Positions 9,096-19,200 of a stretch of 64,000 nucleotides of DNA are shown here, piece after piece (the first letter of the stretch is position 1; each line of letters starts with the position of its first letter). Under the pieces are notes generated by a model. That model made no database searches. It was not told where the DNA came from and saw nothing but the letters and a program-made list of their open reading frames with translations. The translations under genes and the position numbers were made by a program. The DNA is taken from NCBI GenBank assembly GCA_945892755.1, contig CAMDDO010000007.1, positions 1,397-65,396 of the forward strand, given 5' to 3'. The stretch comes from Rhizobium sp. Q54 (GTDB lineage Bacteria; Pseudomonadota; Alphaproteobacteria; UBA828).

Positions 9096-10133
9096 TTAGC
9101 CGAGCGCGCGCTCGATGCGCGGTCGAACCTCACGGCCGAACAACTCGATGGTGCGCCGCGCCTGCGTCATGGTCGAGCCCAAGGTCTGGATGTTGAGCAT
9201 CAGGTGCGAGGCGCGCGATGCTTGGATATCAGCGACGAGACGGGCCGTGACGGTCTCCACGTCGCCGACCGCGAGGTTTGCCGCCATCTCGTCGAGCGAG
9301 GCCTCGTTCTCGACCGGTGTTTCAACCAACATGCCGCCATCGACCATTTGCCGGCGATTGCGCAACGCGGCAGCGAGGCGCAGTTGGTGGCGTGCGGTGG
9401 TCAGATAATCGCGCGTTTCAGCTTCGCTCTCCGTCACGCAAAGAAAGCGCAAAATGCCGAGCGGATGCGGCGCGTCGCCCCGCCCCTCCTTGGCGAAGGA
9501 GGCATCGATGCGCGCCCGCTGATTCGCCAAATAATCGGGCCCCGCCGAACGTCCGGTGATGATGGGCACGAAGCCGCGCCGCGCGGCGAGCCGGTGCGTC
9601 GCCTCGGAATCGCCCGCGATCCAAATTTCCGGCCGCGTGACCGGCCGCGTGCTGATGCTGGACTGCGGAATCGACGTGAAGCGCCCGTCGAACGCGAAGG
9701 TTTCCTCAGCGAAGGCGCGATCCATGAGCGCGAGGAATTCGTCGAGCTGTTCCTTCGACTGGCCGAGATCGACATTGAAGCGCTCGAACTCGAAAGGCTG
9801 ATAACCACTGCCAATGCCGAGCAGCAGCCGATCGCCACAGAGCGCCGCGGTCATGCCGATCTCGGCGAGCAGACGGATCGGGTGGTAGAGCGGCACGACG
9901 ATCACGGCCGGGCCTAGCTTGATGCGCGAGGTCGCGGCCGCGCAGTAATTCACCATCAGCAGTGGCGACGGGCAGACGCAATAGTTCGAGAAATGATGCT
10001 CGGCGAACCAGGCGGCCTCGAAGCCCGCGGCCTCGGCGCGGCGAACGAGCTCGACGGTGTCGCCCAGCACCTTGGCGACCGAGGCGCCATGGTCGCGATA
10101 GCCCATCAGGCAGAACAAGCCGAAACTGACCAC
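9096..10133 (-). CDS. LLM-class (luciferase-like) flavin-dependent oxidoreductase
   Basis: 345 aa. AAGFEAAWFAEHHFSNY and the LGIGSGYQPFEFERF blocks are typical of luciferase-like monooxygenases. Confidence 0.85.
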   Translation of the reverse strand: MVSFGLFCLMGYRDHGASVAKVLGDTVELVRRAEAAGFEAAWFAEHHFSNYCVCPSPLLMVNYCAAATSRIKLGPAVIVVPLYHPIRLLAEIGMTAALCGDRLLLGIGSGYQPFEFERFNVDLGQSKEQLDEFLALMDRAFAEETFAFDGRFTSIPQSSISTRPVTRPEIWIAGDSEATHRLAARRGFVPIITGRSAGPDYLANQRARIDASFAKEGRGDAPHPLGILRFLCVTESEAETRDYLTTARHQLRLAAALRNRRQMVDGGMLVETPVENEASLDEMAANLAVGDVETVTARLVADIQASRASHLMLNIQTLGSTMTQARRTIELFGREVRPRIERALG

Positions 10134-10223
10134 GGACCGGCCCCCCTATCGGCGCGACAGTTCAGTTGGCTCGCGCCCCACTTCGGCTAACATGATCGGC
10201 GATGGTTCGAAAGGGAGGATATC

Positions 10224-10835
10224 ATGGCCGATACGATCGTCTTCGCGGGTACCGTCGACTGGTCAGGCGAGAATCCGGGCATCTACTTGAAGGAAAAGCC
10301 TGACGGCCCGTTCGTCGCGCTGGCCAGCTTCTTTCGCGTCGTGCTGTCGCCTTTCGGGCGCGGCCACGCCTTGGTGCTCATGCAATCGCCCCACGACGCC
10401 AATCCGCCGGCGGAGCGGGGAAATTTCTGTTTCACGGACAATGAGAAGCTGGCGCGCTATTTGGTCACCGACTATGTCGCGAATTTCGGCGCCTTCAAGG
10501 GATTGGCGGCGCTTGGGCGTCTCGGCTACAGGCCGCTCGATAGCGCCGCCGCGTCGGGCGATCCGGCCTCGAGCTATAGCGAAACGGTGAAATCCGGCGA
10601 CCTTACGATACGCCTCAATTGGAGCGGTCTGGGCAAGCCCTTCTGTTTCGCCATGCCGCCGGACAAATCGGCCACCGGCAAACATTACATGCCGAGCCTG
10701 TTCATCGGTTGCCAGGATGCCACCATTTCCGTGAATGGCCGCGCGCTCGCAGGCAAGCCGGTGCCGCGCGAGATTGCCGGGCATGTCATCACCACGGCGA
10801 TGCTGGCGTTCTCGGAAACCTGGATACGGGCCTAG
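10224..10835 (+). CDS. hypothetical protein (203 aa, no recognisable domain)
   Basis: Strong RBS GGGAGG 6 nt upstream of the ATG, and codon usage like its neighbours. No TM segment or signal peptide. I recognise no family. Confidence 0.65.
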   Translation: MADTIVFAGTVDWSGENPGIYLKEKPDGPFVALASFFRVVLSPFGRGHALVLMQSPHDANPPAERGNFCFTDNEKLARYLVTDYVANFGAFKGLAALGRLGYRPLDSAAASGDPASSYSETVKSGDLTIRLNWSGLGKPFCFAMPPDKSATGKHYMPSLFIGCQDATISVNGRALAGKPVPREIAGHVITTAMLAFSETWIRA

Positions 10836-10939
10836 ACCGGATCGAACCCGCCGCGCCTGCTGCGTGGCACGAATCGAGAACCGCGCTAAACTTCGACGGT
10901 CGCAGGCGGATGCGACAAGGCGACAAGAGGGACGCAGTC

Positions 10940-11737
10940 ATGAAGGAACATGAGGAAGGCTATTCGATGCCGCTCGCGGCGCCGAGCTATACGCAGCCGC
11001 CGTTCGAGGCTATGGAGCAAGGCAAGATCCTCCTGATGGTCTACCGCGCCGATAAGAAAGCGGTCGCTTGGGAGGTGCCGGAACCGTTGAAGCCGTTCGG
11101 CGACGGCACGATGTTCGCGTGGATCGGCGACATGCGCCAACCTTCGCACTCGGTCGAACTATACCATGAGTGCCTGACCGCCATCAAAGTGCGCTACGGC
11201 GATCGCGTCGGCTGGTACATCAATTACATCTGGGTCGATCACGACATGGCGCTCACCTTCGAGCGCGAGATCTATGGCTGGCCGGCGAATCTATGCGAGA
11301 CCACGGCGCTGCGCTTCCATGGCAGCCAGGTGTTTGGCGATTGCACGCGCTATGGCGAGATGCTGATGCGCATGAGCCTGAACGTGACGAGCCTACCACC
11401 CAAGGGTCGCGTGAAGCCGCTTGAGGACGAGATCGCGAAGCTTTCGGGCGGCACCTGGCTGCAGGTTAGAAAGCTCCCGGCACCCGAGCGCGGCGGCAAG
11501 CCGATCAAGGAGCTCTTGGAGATTCCATCGACCGATTTCAAACTGCACGAGACCTGGAGCGGCAATATGACGCTCGAGCTCGGCAAGTCGGGCCTCTATC
11601 CAAACCTACATGCGCTCGAGCCGAGGGAGATTCTCGGCTCCTATTTGATCCGCGCCTCGTGGATTGTGCCCTATCCGGTGCTGCTGTGGTCGAATCGCGG
11701 TAGCGGCGGTGCAGGCGGGAAGAAGACAAAGCGGTAG
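10940..11737 (+). CDS. acetoacetate decarboxylase (ADC) family protein
   Basis: C-terminal part of ORF 10619..11737 starting MKEHEEGYSMPLAAPSYTQPPF. The PSYTQPPF...LLMVYRAD...ECLTAIKVRY...WVDHDMALTFEREIYGWP pattern matches the ADC-like fold family. Confidence 0.75.
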   Translation: MKEHEEGYSMPLAAPSYTQPPFEAMEQGKILLMVYRADKKAVAWEVPEPLKPFGDGTMFAWIGDMRQPSHSVELYHECLTAIKVRYGDRVGWYINYIWVDHDMALTFEREIYGWPANLCETTALRFHGSQVFGDCTRYGEMLMRMSLNVTSLPPKGRVKPLEDEIAKLSGGTWLQVRKLPAPERGGKPIKELLEIPSTDFKLHETWSGNMTLELGKSGLYPNLHALEPREILGSYLIRASWIVPYPVLLWSNRGSGGAGGKKTKR

Positions 11738-11746
11738 GGGGTAGGC

Positions 11747-12856
11747 TCAACGCTCGAAGATCGCTTCGGGCAGGAAGGCACAGACCACGAAATTCGGCAC
11801 GTCGACCACATTGCTGATCCTCAAATCGACCGCGACCGAGCAGATCACATAGGCCTGCTCCTTGGTGAAGCCGCGCTCCTCCAGGAGCCGGATCATGGCA
11901 AGGACAGCGTTGCGCGTCGCCAGGTTGAGATCGCCATCGTGATTGACGCCCTCGGCATTGATCGGCATGCCCATGGTCGCGGTGAAGCGCTCGGGCATGG
12001 CGAGGCGCGGGTCGGCGAAATAGCTGGTGCGCGCGAACATCGGCCCCGCGATTCTGCGCCGCGCGGCTTCGCCTTGGTGGAGCTTGAAGCGCACCACGCA
12101 GCTTGCCTGCATCTCGACCGCGGTCAGGCACACCTCGCCATCGCCCTGCGCGAAATGGCCATCGCCGGTCGAGAACAGCGCGCCCTCGACCGCGACGGGG
12201 AGAAACAATTTGGCGCCCTTGGTCAGCTGCTTGACGTCGAAATTGCCGCCGTTCTCGCGCGGCGGCACGGTGCGGAGGCCGCAAGTCGAGATCGGCGCGG
12301 CCGCCGGTACCGCGGCGTCGGGGTCGGGCGGAAAGACACGCCCGCCGCGCGCCAAGAGCGCGGCCTCGCGCCTGGTCCAGGCATCGAGCTGCGCATGCGA
12401 GGGCGCGACGCCCGAAATGCCCATGAACGGCGCGCCCGGAATCCGAACGCCCGGAATCTCGTGCGCGGTCGCCCAGCCATCTTTGAGCGCCCAGTGCACC
12501 AGGAAGTGCTCGGTGAAGAGATCATGCAAGAAGCCCAGGCCCGGCACGATGAGCGAGATGCCACGCGCCTCTGGGATGATGTCGAGGAACTCGACCTCCA
12601 AGAGATCGCCGGGCTTGGCGCCCTTGATCGCGACCGGTCCGGTCAGCGGGTGGACCACGCGTGGCGAGAACTTGGTTATGTCGGCCGCCATCGCGCCGGC
12701 CGGCAAATAGCCGTCGCTCGAATCGCGCGTCTCGATCAGGAGCTCCTCGCCCTCGGCCACCTCAAGAATCGGCTCGAGATCGGGATGCCAGCGATTGTGG
12801 CCGGTCTCGGGCTCATCGCAGAGATGCTTGGCCCGATCGATCCTGATGGTTTTCAT
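11747..12856 (-). CDS. acetamidase/formamidase family protein
   Basis: 369 aa. N-terminus MKTIRIDRAKHLCDEPETGHNRWHPDLEP and the GNFDVKQL and GDGHFAQGDGEV blocks are typical of the FmdA/AmdA family. Confidence 0.88.
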   Translation of the reverse strand: MKTIRIDRAKHLCDEPETGHNRWHPDLEPILEVAEGEELLIETRDSSDGYLPAGAMAADITKFSPRVVHPLTGPVAIKGAKPGDLLEVEFLDIIPEARGISLIVPGLGFLHDLFTEHFLVHWALKDGWATAHEIPGVRIPGAPFMGISGVAPSHAQLDAWTRREAALLARGGRVFPPDPDAAVPAAAPISTCGLRTVPPRENGGNFDVKQLTKGAKLFLPVAVEGALFSTGDGHFAQGDGEVCLTAVEMQASCVVRFKLHQGEAARRRIAGPMFARTSYFADPRLAMPERFTATMGMPINAEGVNHDGDLNLATRNAVLAMIRLLEERGFTKEQAYVICSVAVDLRISNVVDVPNFVVCAFLPEAIFER

Positions 12857-12870
12857 GGTCCGCTCCAGAC

Positions 12871-13371
12871 TTACAGCGCCCGATACAGCACCAGCGCATC
12901 GACATACCCGTGGCGCGGCGAGAGGAAAGCGTCAGGCAAGCGGCCAACGATATCGAAGCCGCATGACTGCCAGAGGTGCACCGCCGCGTCATTCTTGCTG
13001 ATCACGAAGTTGAACTGCATCGCGCGGAAACCGCGGGCCCGCGCACGCTCAAGCGAATGCAGGCACATGGCGCGCGCGATGCCTTGGCCGCGCGCCTCGG
13101 TGGCGGTGACATAGCCGCAATTCGCCACATGCGCGCCGCCGCCGCCGGTATTGGCGCGGAGATAGTAAGTGCCAAGCACCGTACCATTGGCTTCGGCGAC
13201 GAACATCTCGTGAACCGGCCGGTGGAAATGCGCGAGCGCGGCCTCGCGGGTCATGTCGCGCGGCAGGGGATAGGTCTCGCCCTCGCGGATCGTCGGCTCG
13301 ATCACGCGCCAGACCGCGTCGTCGTCCGCCCGCGTCGCGGGACGGATCAGCACGGACGAGGACGTGCTCAC
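12871..13371 (-). CDS. GNAT family N-acetyltransferase (MPR1/PAT-like)
   Basis: ORF 12871..13488 trimmed to GTG 13371, which overlaps the amidase stop (GTGA). Acetyl-CoA motif RGQGIARAM and FRAMQFNFVISKNDAAVHLWQSCGF. Confidence 0.8.
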   Translation of the reverse strand: MSTSSSVLIRPATRADDDAVWRVIEPTIREGETYPLPRDMTREAALAHFHRPVHEMFVAEANGTVLGTYYLRANTGGGGAHVANCGYVTATEARGQGIARAMCLHSLERARARGFRAMQFNFVISKNDAAVHLWQSCGFDIVGRLPDAFLSPRHGYVDALVLYRAL

Positions 13372-14882
13372 AGTCGCGTCCAATCCTCGGCCTGTTCGAA
13401 CGCATAGGCCGCGCGGTAGATGGTCGGCTCGTCGAAATGCTTGGCGATGAGCATGACGCCGATGGGCAGACCCTCGCTCAACCCGCACGGCACGGACATG
13501 GCGGGATGGTGCGTGGCGTCGAACGGCGCGACGTTCAAGAGCATCTCATGCGCGCGGCGCACGATCTCGGCCGGCCCGGCATCGGCTGCGGGCAATTTGG
13601 TTGCCTTCAACGGCAGCGTCGGCATCAGAAGCAAATCACAGTCCTTCAGCGCCGCATCATAGGCACCGCGCAGGCGCCGCCATTGGTTCATCGCCTTGGC
13701 GTAATAATGCAGGCCATGGCGCTGTTTGATGTAGGTGCCGAGCACGGTCATCATTTTGACCGTGTGCGGCAGCTCGTCGCCGCGCTTCGGCCAATCGCGC
13801 ATCCGCGCCATAAGACCGATCGCATAGCGATCCATACGGCTCGCGCCTTGGCCCTCGCCCCACATCGCGGTGTTCATGATGCCGTCGAGCGCGACCGGCT
13901 GCCAAATGTCGATGCCGTTGCGATGCAAGGGAATCGAAATGTCATGGACCGTCGCGCCGAGTTTCTTGAAGAACGCGGCGGCGGCACGAACCTTGACGTC
14001 GACATCGGGCTCCGAGCTCGGCCAGCCAAAGCCCTCGTTCACCACAGCGATGCGAAGCCCCGTGGCGCCACCCCCTAGCATTGACGCATAGGGATGCACG
14101 ATGACATCGCGCTGGCGCGGGTCGATGTCATCGGGCCCGGCGATCGCTTCGAGCATCAGGGCATTGTCTCGCACGCTCGCCGTGATCGGCCCGGCATGAT
14201 CGACCGTGATCTCCATCGGCATGATGCCGGTATAGGGCACCAGGCCATAGGTTGGTTTCATGCCGCAAACGCCGGAATAAGCCGCCGGCATGCGGATCGA
14301 GCCGCCCTGATCGCCGCCGAGCGCGAGATCAACCTCGCCCAGCCCGACCAGTGTCGCGCAGCCCGAGGACGAGCCGCCCGCCGAATAGCCGAATTTGCGC
14401 GGGTTGTGCACCGGGGCATAGGGGCTGGTGTGGCTTGCGCCCGAAAGGCCAAACGCCTCGCACTCGGCCTTGCCGAGAATGGTCGCGCCGGCATCGAGCA
14501 AGCGCTCGACCACGGTGGCGTCGAGCTCGGGCACATAGCCCTCGAGCGGCTTGGCCCCGTTCATCATCGGCACGCCGGCCAGCATGACGCTGTCCTTCAG
14601 CGCGACTGTTTTGCCCTTCAATGGGCCTGAGGGCGCCCCATCGACGCGCACCTTCCAAGCCCAGGCGCCGTATTTGTTCTCGGCAGCGCTTGGCCGCACC
14701 CCAAATTCACGCGGGTATTTGGGGCGTGGTGCGTCCTCGACGAGGCCATCGACATAATTATAGCTCGCGATATAGGTCGGCATCAGGCCGCGATAGGCCT
14801 CGATCTCATCCGCATTCAGGATAAAGCCACATTGCGCGGCGATCTCTTCGATCTCTTTGGACGATGGCAAGGCGACGGGCAT
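13368..14882 (-). CDS. amidase (amidase-signature family)
   Basis: 504 aa. Contains the AS-signature stretch GYSAGGSSSGCATLV and KDSVMLAGVPMMNG. Confidence 0.9.
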   Translation of the reverse strand: MPVALPSSKEIEEIAAQCGFILNADEIEAYRGLMPTYIASYNYVDGLVEDAPRPKYPREFGVRPSAAENKYGAWAWKVRVDGAPSGPLKGKTVALKDSVMLAGVPMMNGAKPLEGYVPELDATVVERLLDAGATILGKAECEAFGLSGASHTSPYAPVHNPRKFGYSAGGSSSGCATLVGLGEVDLALGGDQGGSIRMPAAYSGVCGMKPTYGLVPYTGIMPMEITVDHAGPITASVRDNALMLEAIAGPDDIDPRQRDVIVHPYASMLGGGATGLRIAVVNEGFGWPSSEPDVDVKVRAAAAFFKKLGATVHDISIPLHRNGIDIWQPVALDGIMNTAMWGEGQGASRMDRYAIGLMARMRDWPKRGDELPHTVKMMTVLGTYIKQRHGLHYYAKAMNQWRRLRGAYDAALKDCDLLLMPTLPLKATKLPAADAGPAEIVRRAHEMLLNVAPFDATHHPAMSVPCGLSEGLPIGVMLIAKHFDEPTIYRAAYAFEQAEDWTRL

Positions 14883-14943
14883 GGCGCGCTCCCCTTTTTG
14901 CTTCGCCTTGTTTGAGCGCCCCCGGCGCGTTCGTCAAATCGGA

Positions 14944-15306
14944 TTACCGCTCCACCACCATCGGGCCGATCGGGCGGCCGCCGAGAATGTGCACGTGGAT
15001 GTGCGGCACCTCTTGTCCGCCATGGCCGCCGATATTGAGGATCAGGCGATAGCCGTTGTCAGCGAGGCCTAGCTTTCGCGCGATCTCGCCAACGGTTTTG
15101 AAAAACACCCCGACCTCCTCGGGCCCGGACTCGCGCGCGAAATCATCCATCGAGACATAGGGCTTTTTCGGGATCACCAGCACATGCACGGGCGCCTTGG
15201 GCGCGATGTCGTTGAAGGCGAGCACGGCGTCGTCTTCATAGACTTTCTTCGCCGGCAGCTCGCCGCGCAGGATGCGGGCGAAGATATTGTTCGAATCGTA
15301 GACCAT
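14944..15306 (-). CDS. HIT family (histidine triad) protein
   Basis: 120 aa. IFARILRGELPAKKVYEDD and the histidine triad HIHVHILGG. Confidence 0.9.
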   Translation of the reverse strand: MVYDSNNIFARILRGELPAKKVYEDDAVLAFNDIAPKAPVHVLVIPKKPYVSMDDFARESGPEEVGVFFKTVGEIARKLGLADNGYRLILNIGGHGGQEVPHIHVHILGGRPIGPMVVER

Positions 15307-15324
15307 GTGCGCCCCCCGCCTTTT

Positions 15325-15660
15325 TTACTCCGCGCGTTTTTTCTTCTCGTCGAGTCCGGATGTCCCCTTCCGTTTCTCGATTTCCGCATAGACATCGGTC
15401 GGTTTGACGCCGCGCTCGGCCCACATCACGAGCAGATGGTAGAGCACGTCGGCGCTCTCGGCGATCAAATCGGCTTTCTGCTGGCTGGTCATCGCAATCA
15501 CCGCCTCGACCGCCTCCTCGCCGAACTTCTTGGCGATATGGGCGCGGCCTTTGGTGAACAGCTTCGCCGTATAGGAGGTCGTTGGATCTCCACCCTTGCG
15601 GCTCTCGATCACCGCGAACAAATCATCCAGCACCGCCGCGCTCGCCTTCTCGCCAGCCAT
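15325..15660 (-). CDS. hisE: phosphoribosyl-ATP pyrophosphatase
   Basis: ORF 15325..15777 trimmed to MAGEKASAAVLDDLF. Blocks SYTAKLF...KKFGEEAVEAVIA...ESADVLYHLLV. Confidence 0.88.
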   Translation of the reverse strand: MAGEKASAAVLDDLFAVIESRKGGDPTTSYTAKLFTKGRAHIAKKFGEEAVEAVIAMTSQQKADLIAESADVLYHLLVMWAERGVKPTDVYAEIEKRKGTSGLDEKKKRAE

Positions 15661-15676
15661 CAAACGCCCTTCCGTT

Positions 15677-17071
15677 CTAGTGTCTAACCGGGCCGCGCAA
15701 GGAGGCGGCGGTTTTCTCGGCGCTCGCCGCGGCTGCATGGTCGCCGAGGCCCGCCATGGCGCGCGCCAGGTATGCATGCCCGCTCGCGCTGTTCGGCTTT
15801 AGCGCGATTCGCTCATAAGCGAGCGCCCGGGCAAGCCGGTGCTGGCCACACTTCGACGCGGCGATGGTGAGCGTTTGGGTCAGCGCGTCGCGCTGGGCGT
15901 GGCTGCCACCGAAGCGATTGGCCATGGCGCGAAGGTTCAACAAGTGCTCCACGGTCGCCGCATAGTCCCCTCTGCCGAACGCAAGGAGCGCGCGGCAAAC
16001 CGGCAAGCCGACCTCGCGCGTCATCATGGCGTTACTGCCCGTCCCCGTGCGCGCGAGGCGCTCCTGCGCGGCGAGCAGTCTGGTGGCCTCGGCTTCGCGC
16101 CCGGTCGCGGCGAAGCACATCATGGCGTGCATGTCGTTGAACGCATAATAGGTGTCCTCGGCTAGGCCGGCATAAATCTCGGCAAGCTCGCGCCAGCGTG
16201 CGCCGCAATCGATATCGAGCAGATGGAGCCGCCAGAGCAGCGCCGAGGCATCGAGCATGTCGAGCGCGACCTTGGAACGGCTGGCGCGGATCGGCCCGTC
16301 ATAGAGCGTGAGCACCTTCCGCACGTCGCCCCGGTCAAGATAATAGAGCGCGAGGTGCCACCAATTGTGCACGGCGAAAAAATTGCCGGGCGCCCAATCC
16401 GCTTCGCGGCTTTCGAGCCATTGAATGCCATCGGCGTGGCGTGCCTGCATCTCGCAAACATGCGCGAGGGCATGGATGCCCCACGCATCCTTCGGGTTGA
16501 GCGCGATGGCGCGTTTGGCGGCCGATTCGGCGCCGCCATAATCGCCCATCTCTTCGAGACCAAAGGCATGCATGCTGAGGGCATAGCCATAGCCCGGCGT
16601 CTGACTGTCCCACGCCGGCAGCACGCGCGCGACGCGGTCGCGTAAATTCAGTGCATCGCCAACAAAAAAATCGCCGATATGCCCGATCTGCAGCGCCAGG
16701 AGATCGCGCGGGTGATCGATCAAGACGCGTTCGAGCACATCGGGCACGCCCTGATAGTGGCCCTCGAGCCACGCCCGCGCCGCCTTGATGTGGCCGCGTT
16801 CGCGGTCATTGGCCGTGTTGCCGAGCGCCTCGGCCGCCTCGACCGTGCGCTTCAGCTCCGCCTCCGCCGCGCGGTCGGTCGAAAGCGAAAGTAGATGCGC
16901 CTTCAGAATGTGCCCGAACACAAAGGAAGGATCGCCTTCGATCACGCCATTGATGGTCGCGAGCGGATCGCCGACATAGGCGTTGAGCTCGCCGAGCGCC
17001 TTCTCGAAACCGTCGAGCGAGGCTCGATTCTTGGCGCTGGTCGGTTCGCCGCGCGCGTCGGTCATGGCCAT
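15677..17071 (-). CDS. tetratricopeptide-repeat protein (TTC38-like)
   Basis: 464 aa, helical-repeat composition. The GHILKAHLL...LNPKDAWGIHALAHVCEMQ block resembles the TTC38 family. Located between hisF and hisE. Confidence 0.7.
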   Translation of the reverse strand: MAMTDARGEPTSAKNRASLDGFEKALGELNAYVGDPLATINGVIEGDPSFVFGHILKAHLLSLSTDRAAEAELKRTVEAAEALGNTANDRERGHIKAARAWLEGHYQGVPDVLERVLIDHPRDLLALQIGHIGDFFVGDALNLRDRVARVLPAWDSQTPGYGYALSMHAFGLEEMGDYGGAESAAKRAIALNPKDAWGIHALAHVCEMQARHADGIQWLESREADWAPGNFFAVHNWWHLALYYLDRGDVRKVLTLYDGPIRASRSKVALDMLDASALLWRLHLLDIDCGARWRELAEIYAGLAEDTYYAFNDMHAMMCFAATGREAEATRLLAAQERLARTGTGSNAMMTREVGLPVCRALLAFGRGDYAATVEHLLNLRAMANRFGGSHAQRDALTQTLTIAASKCGQHRLARALAYERIALKPNSASGHAYLARAMAGLGDHAAAASAEKTAASLRGPVRH

Positions 17072-17101
17072 GGGGCTCGTCTCCCTGTCGTCAAACCGGG
17101 A

Positions 17102-17854
17102 TCAGCGTACCGGAATACCGGCATGCCTCATGCCTTGTTTTGCTTGCTGGATCGAATAGGTCCCAAAATGAAAGATCGAGGCGGCAAGCACGGCGGTGGC
17201 ATGGCCGTCGCGAATACCCTCGACCATATGATTCAACGTGCCGACGCCGCCAGACGCGATCACCGGCACGGTTACGGCATCGGCGATCCCGCGCGTGAGC
17301 GGAATGTCATAGCCCGCCTTGGTGCCGTCACGATCCATCGACGTGACCAGCAATTCGCCGGCCCCGGCCGTGACCATGCGGCGCGCCCAGTCGATGGCGT
17401 CGATGCCGGTGGCATTGCGCCCGCCATGGGTGAAGATTTCGAACCGCGCGCCAACGCGCTTGGCATCGATCGCGACAACGATACATTGGCTGCCAAACTT
17501 CTCCGCGGCCTCTTGAACGAAGCTTGGGCGCTTGACCGCCTCGGTGTTGATCGAAACTTTATCAGCGCCGGCGAGCAGAAGTTTTCGCACATCCTCGATC
17601 GCGCGGACACCGCCGCCGACCGTGAGCGGCATGAAACAGGCCTCGGCGGTACGCGAAACGACGTCATAAAGAATGTCGCGCGCCTCGTGACTCGCCGTAA
17701 TATCGAGAAAGCACAGTTCGTCAGCACCCTGCGCGTCATAGAGGGTCGCCTGCTCGACCGGATCGCCCGCGTCTTTCAGATCAACGAAGCGCACGCCCTT
17801 GACCACGCGGCCGGCATGAACGTCCAAGCACGGAATGACGCGCATCTTCAACAT
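17102..17854 (-). CDS. hisF: imidazole glycerol phosphate synthase cyclase subunit
   Basis: ORF 17102..17881, start probably [12 protein letters not shown]. Blocks [38 protein letters not shown]. Confidence 0.95.
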   Translation of the reverse strand: MLKMRVIPCLDVHAGRVVKGVRFVDLKDAGDPVEQATLYDAQGADELCFLDITASHEARDILYDVVSRTAEACFMPLTVGGGVRAIEDVRKLLLAGADKVSINTEAVKRPSFVQEAAEKFGSQCIVVAIDAKRVGARFEIFTHGGRNATGIDAIDWARRMVTAGAGELLVTSMDRDGTKAGYDIPLTRGIADAVTVPVIASGGVGTLNHMVEGIRDGHATAVLAASIFHFGTYSIQQAKQGMRHAGIPVR

Positions 17855-17864
17855 GACGGCGCGC

Positions 17865-18614
17865 CTAAGCCTTGCCCCCACTCAGGGACGGTGATTTCAG
17901 AATCGCGAGCGCCTCGGCTGGGTCGATTCGCCCATCGTAAAGCGCTCGACCCGCGATCACGCCGATAATGCCCGCGGACTCGACCGCTTTGAGTCGGCGC
18001 AGATCGTCATGGCTGGAGACTCCACCCGAGGCGATCACCGGTGTTTTGATCGCGCGCGCGAGGGCGGCGGTTGCCTCGACATTCATGCCTTCGAGCGCGC
18101 CATCGCGTTCGATATCGGTATGAATGATTGCGGCGACGCCGGCATCCTCAAACGCCATGGCAAGATCGAGGGCCGTGACGCTGGAGGTTTCGGCCCAGCC
18201 CTCGACCGCGACCATGCCGGCGCGCGCGTCGATGCCGACCGCGATCTGTCCCGGAAAAATCTTGCACGCTTCGCGAACAAGGTCGGGACTCTTCAGCGCG
18301 ACGGTGCCAAGAATGACTCGCGCGACGCCACGCTCGAGCCAGGCCTCGATCGTTGCCAGGTCGCGAATGCCGCCGCCGAGCTGCACCGGAATCTTTACGC
18401 TGCTCAGAACCGCGGCGACCGCCGGGCCGTTCAACGGCCGGCCGGCGAAGGCGCCATTGAGGTCGACGATATGAAGCCATTCGAAGCCCTGCGCCTCGAA
18501 CGCCTTGGCTTGGCCCGCCGGATTGTTCGAAAACACAGTCGCCTGCGCCATGTCGCCGCGCACGAGCCGCACGCAGGCGCCGTCTTTCAAATCGATGGCG
18601 GGGAATAGAATCAT
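17865..18614 (-). CDS. hisA: 1-(5-phosphoribosyl)-5-[(5-phosphoribosylamino)methylideneamino]imidazole-4-carboxamide isomerase
   Basis: 249 aa. [33 protein letters not shown]. Confidence 0.95.
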   Translation of the reverse strand: MILFPAIDLKDGACVRLVRGDMAQATVFSNNPAGQAKAFEAQGFEWLHIVDLNGAFAGRPLNGPAVAAVLSSVKIPVQLGGGIRDLATIEAWLERGVARVILGTVALKSPDLVREACKIFPGQIAVGIDARAGMVAVEGWAETSSVTALDLAMAFEDAGVAAIIHTDIERDGALEGMNVEATAALARAIKTPVIASGGVSSHDDLRRLKAVESAGIIGVIAGRALYDGRIDPAEALAILKSPSLSGGKA

Positions 18615-18642
18615 TGGACAATCAATTGTGCCGGACGTTCGG

Positions 18643-19200
18643 TCATAAATCCTTCGAATAATAGAGACCGGCGATCAACGTACCCGCAACCTTGGCGTAT
18701 TTCGGGTGGCGGCCCCAGCGCACGAACCCCTTGCCCTCATAGAGCGTGATCGCGGCGCTCTGCGTTTCGCGCACCGAAAGGTTCATGACTTCGAAGCCGC
18801 GAACCCGCGCCTCATCGAGCGCGGCCTCGAGCAGCGCGCGCGCCAGGCCATGGCCGCGCGCCCAGGGCGCCACGAAATGGGTATCGACCAAACAGGCATG
18901 GGCCCAGGCCTCTTTCTGGCGCGGCGGGCTGACCAATTGGATCGAACCCGCCACCACATCATCGAGCTTGGCCAGATACAGTTTGCGCTCGGGGATGACG
19001 AGCACGCCGCGCCAATAACGCTCAAAAACGTCGCGCTCGGGCGCGCGTACCCAGCCAAATCCCGCGCCATCCAGGATCGCCGCGGCCGCGGCATCGCACA
19101 GATCGCCAAGATCGCGGCGATTGAGCGAGGTGACGAGCTCGACGTCGATTTTCGGCTTGGTCTCTTGCTCCGCCATCGCCTTCGTCCCTATGCCCGCCAC
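18643..19200 (-). CDS. GNAT family N-acetyltransferase
   Basis: 185 aa (alternative start at 19176). [46 protein letters not shown] is a typical GNAT core. Sits between hisH and hisA. Confidence 0.8.
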   Translation of the reverse strand: MAGIGTKAMAEQETKPKIDVELVTSLNRRDLGDLCDAAAAAILDGAGFGWVRAPERDVFERYWRGVLVIPERKLYLAKLDDVVAGSIQLVSPPRQKEAWAHACLVDTHFVAPWARGHGLARALLEAALDEARVRGFEVMNLSVRETQSAAITLYEGKGFVRWGRHPKYAKVAGTLIAGLYYSKDL

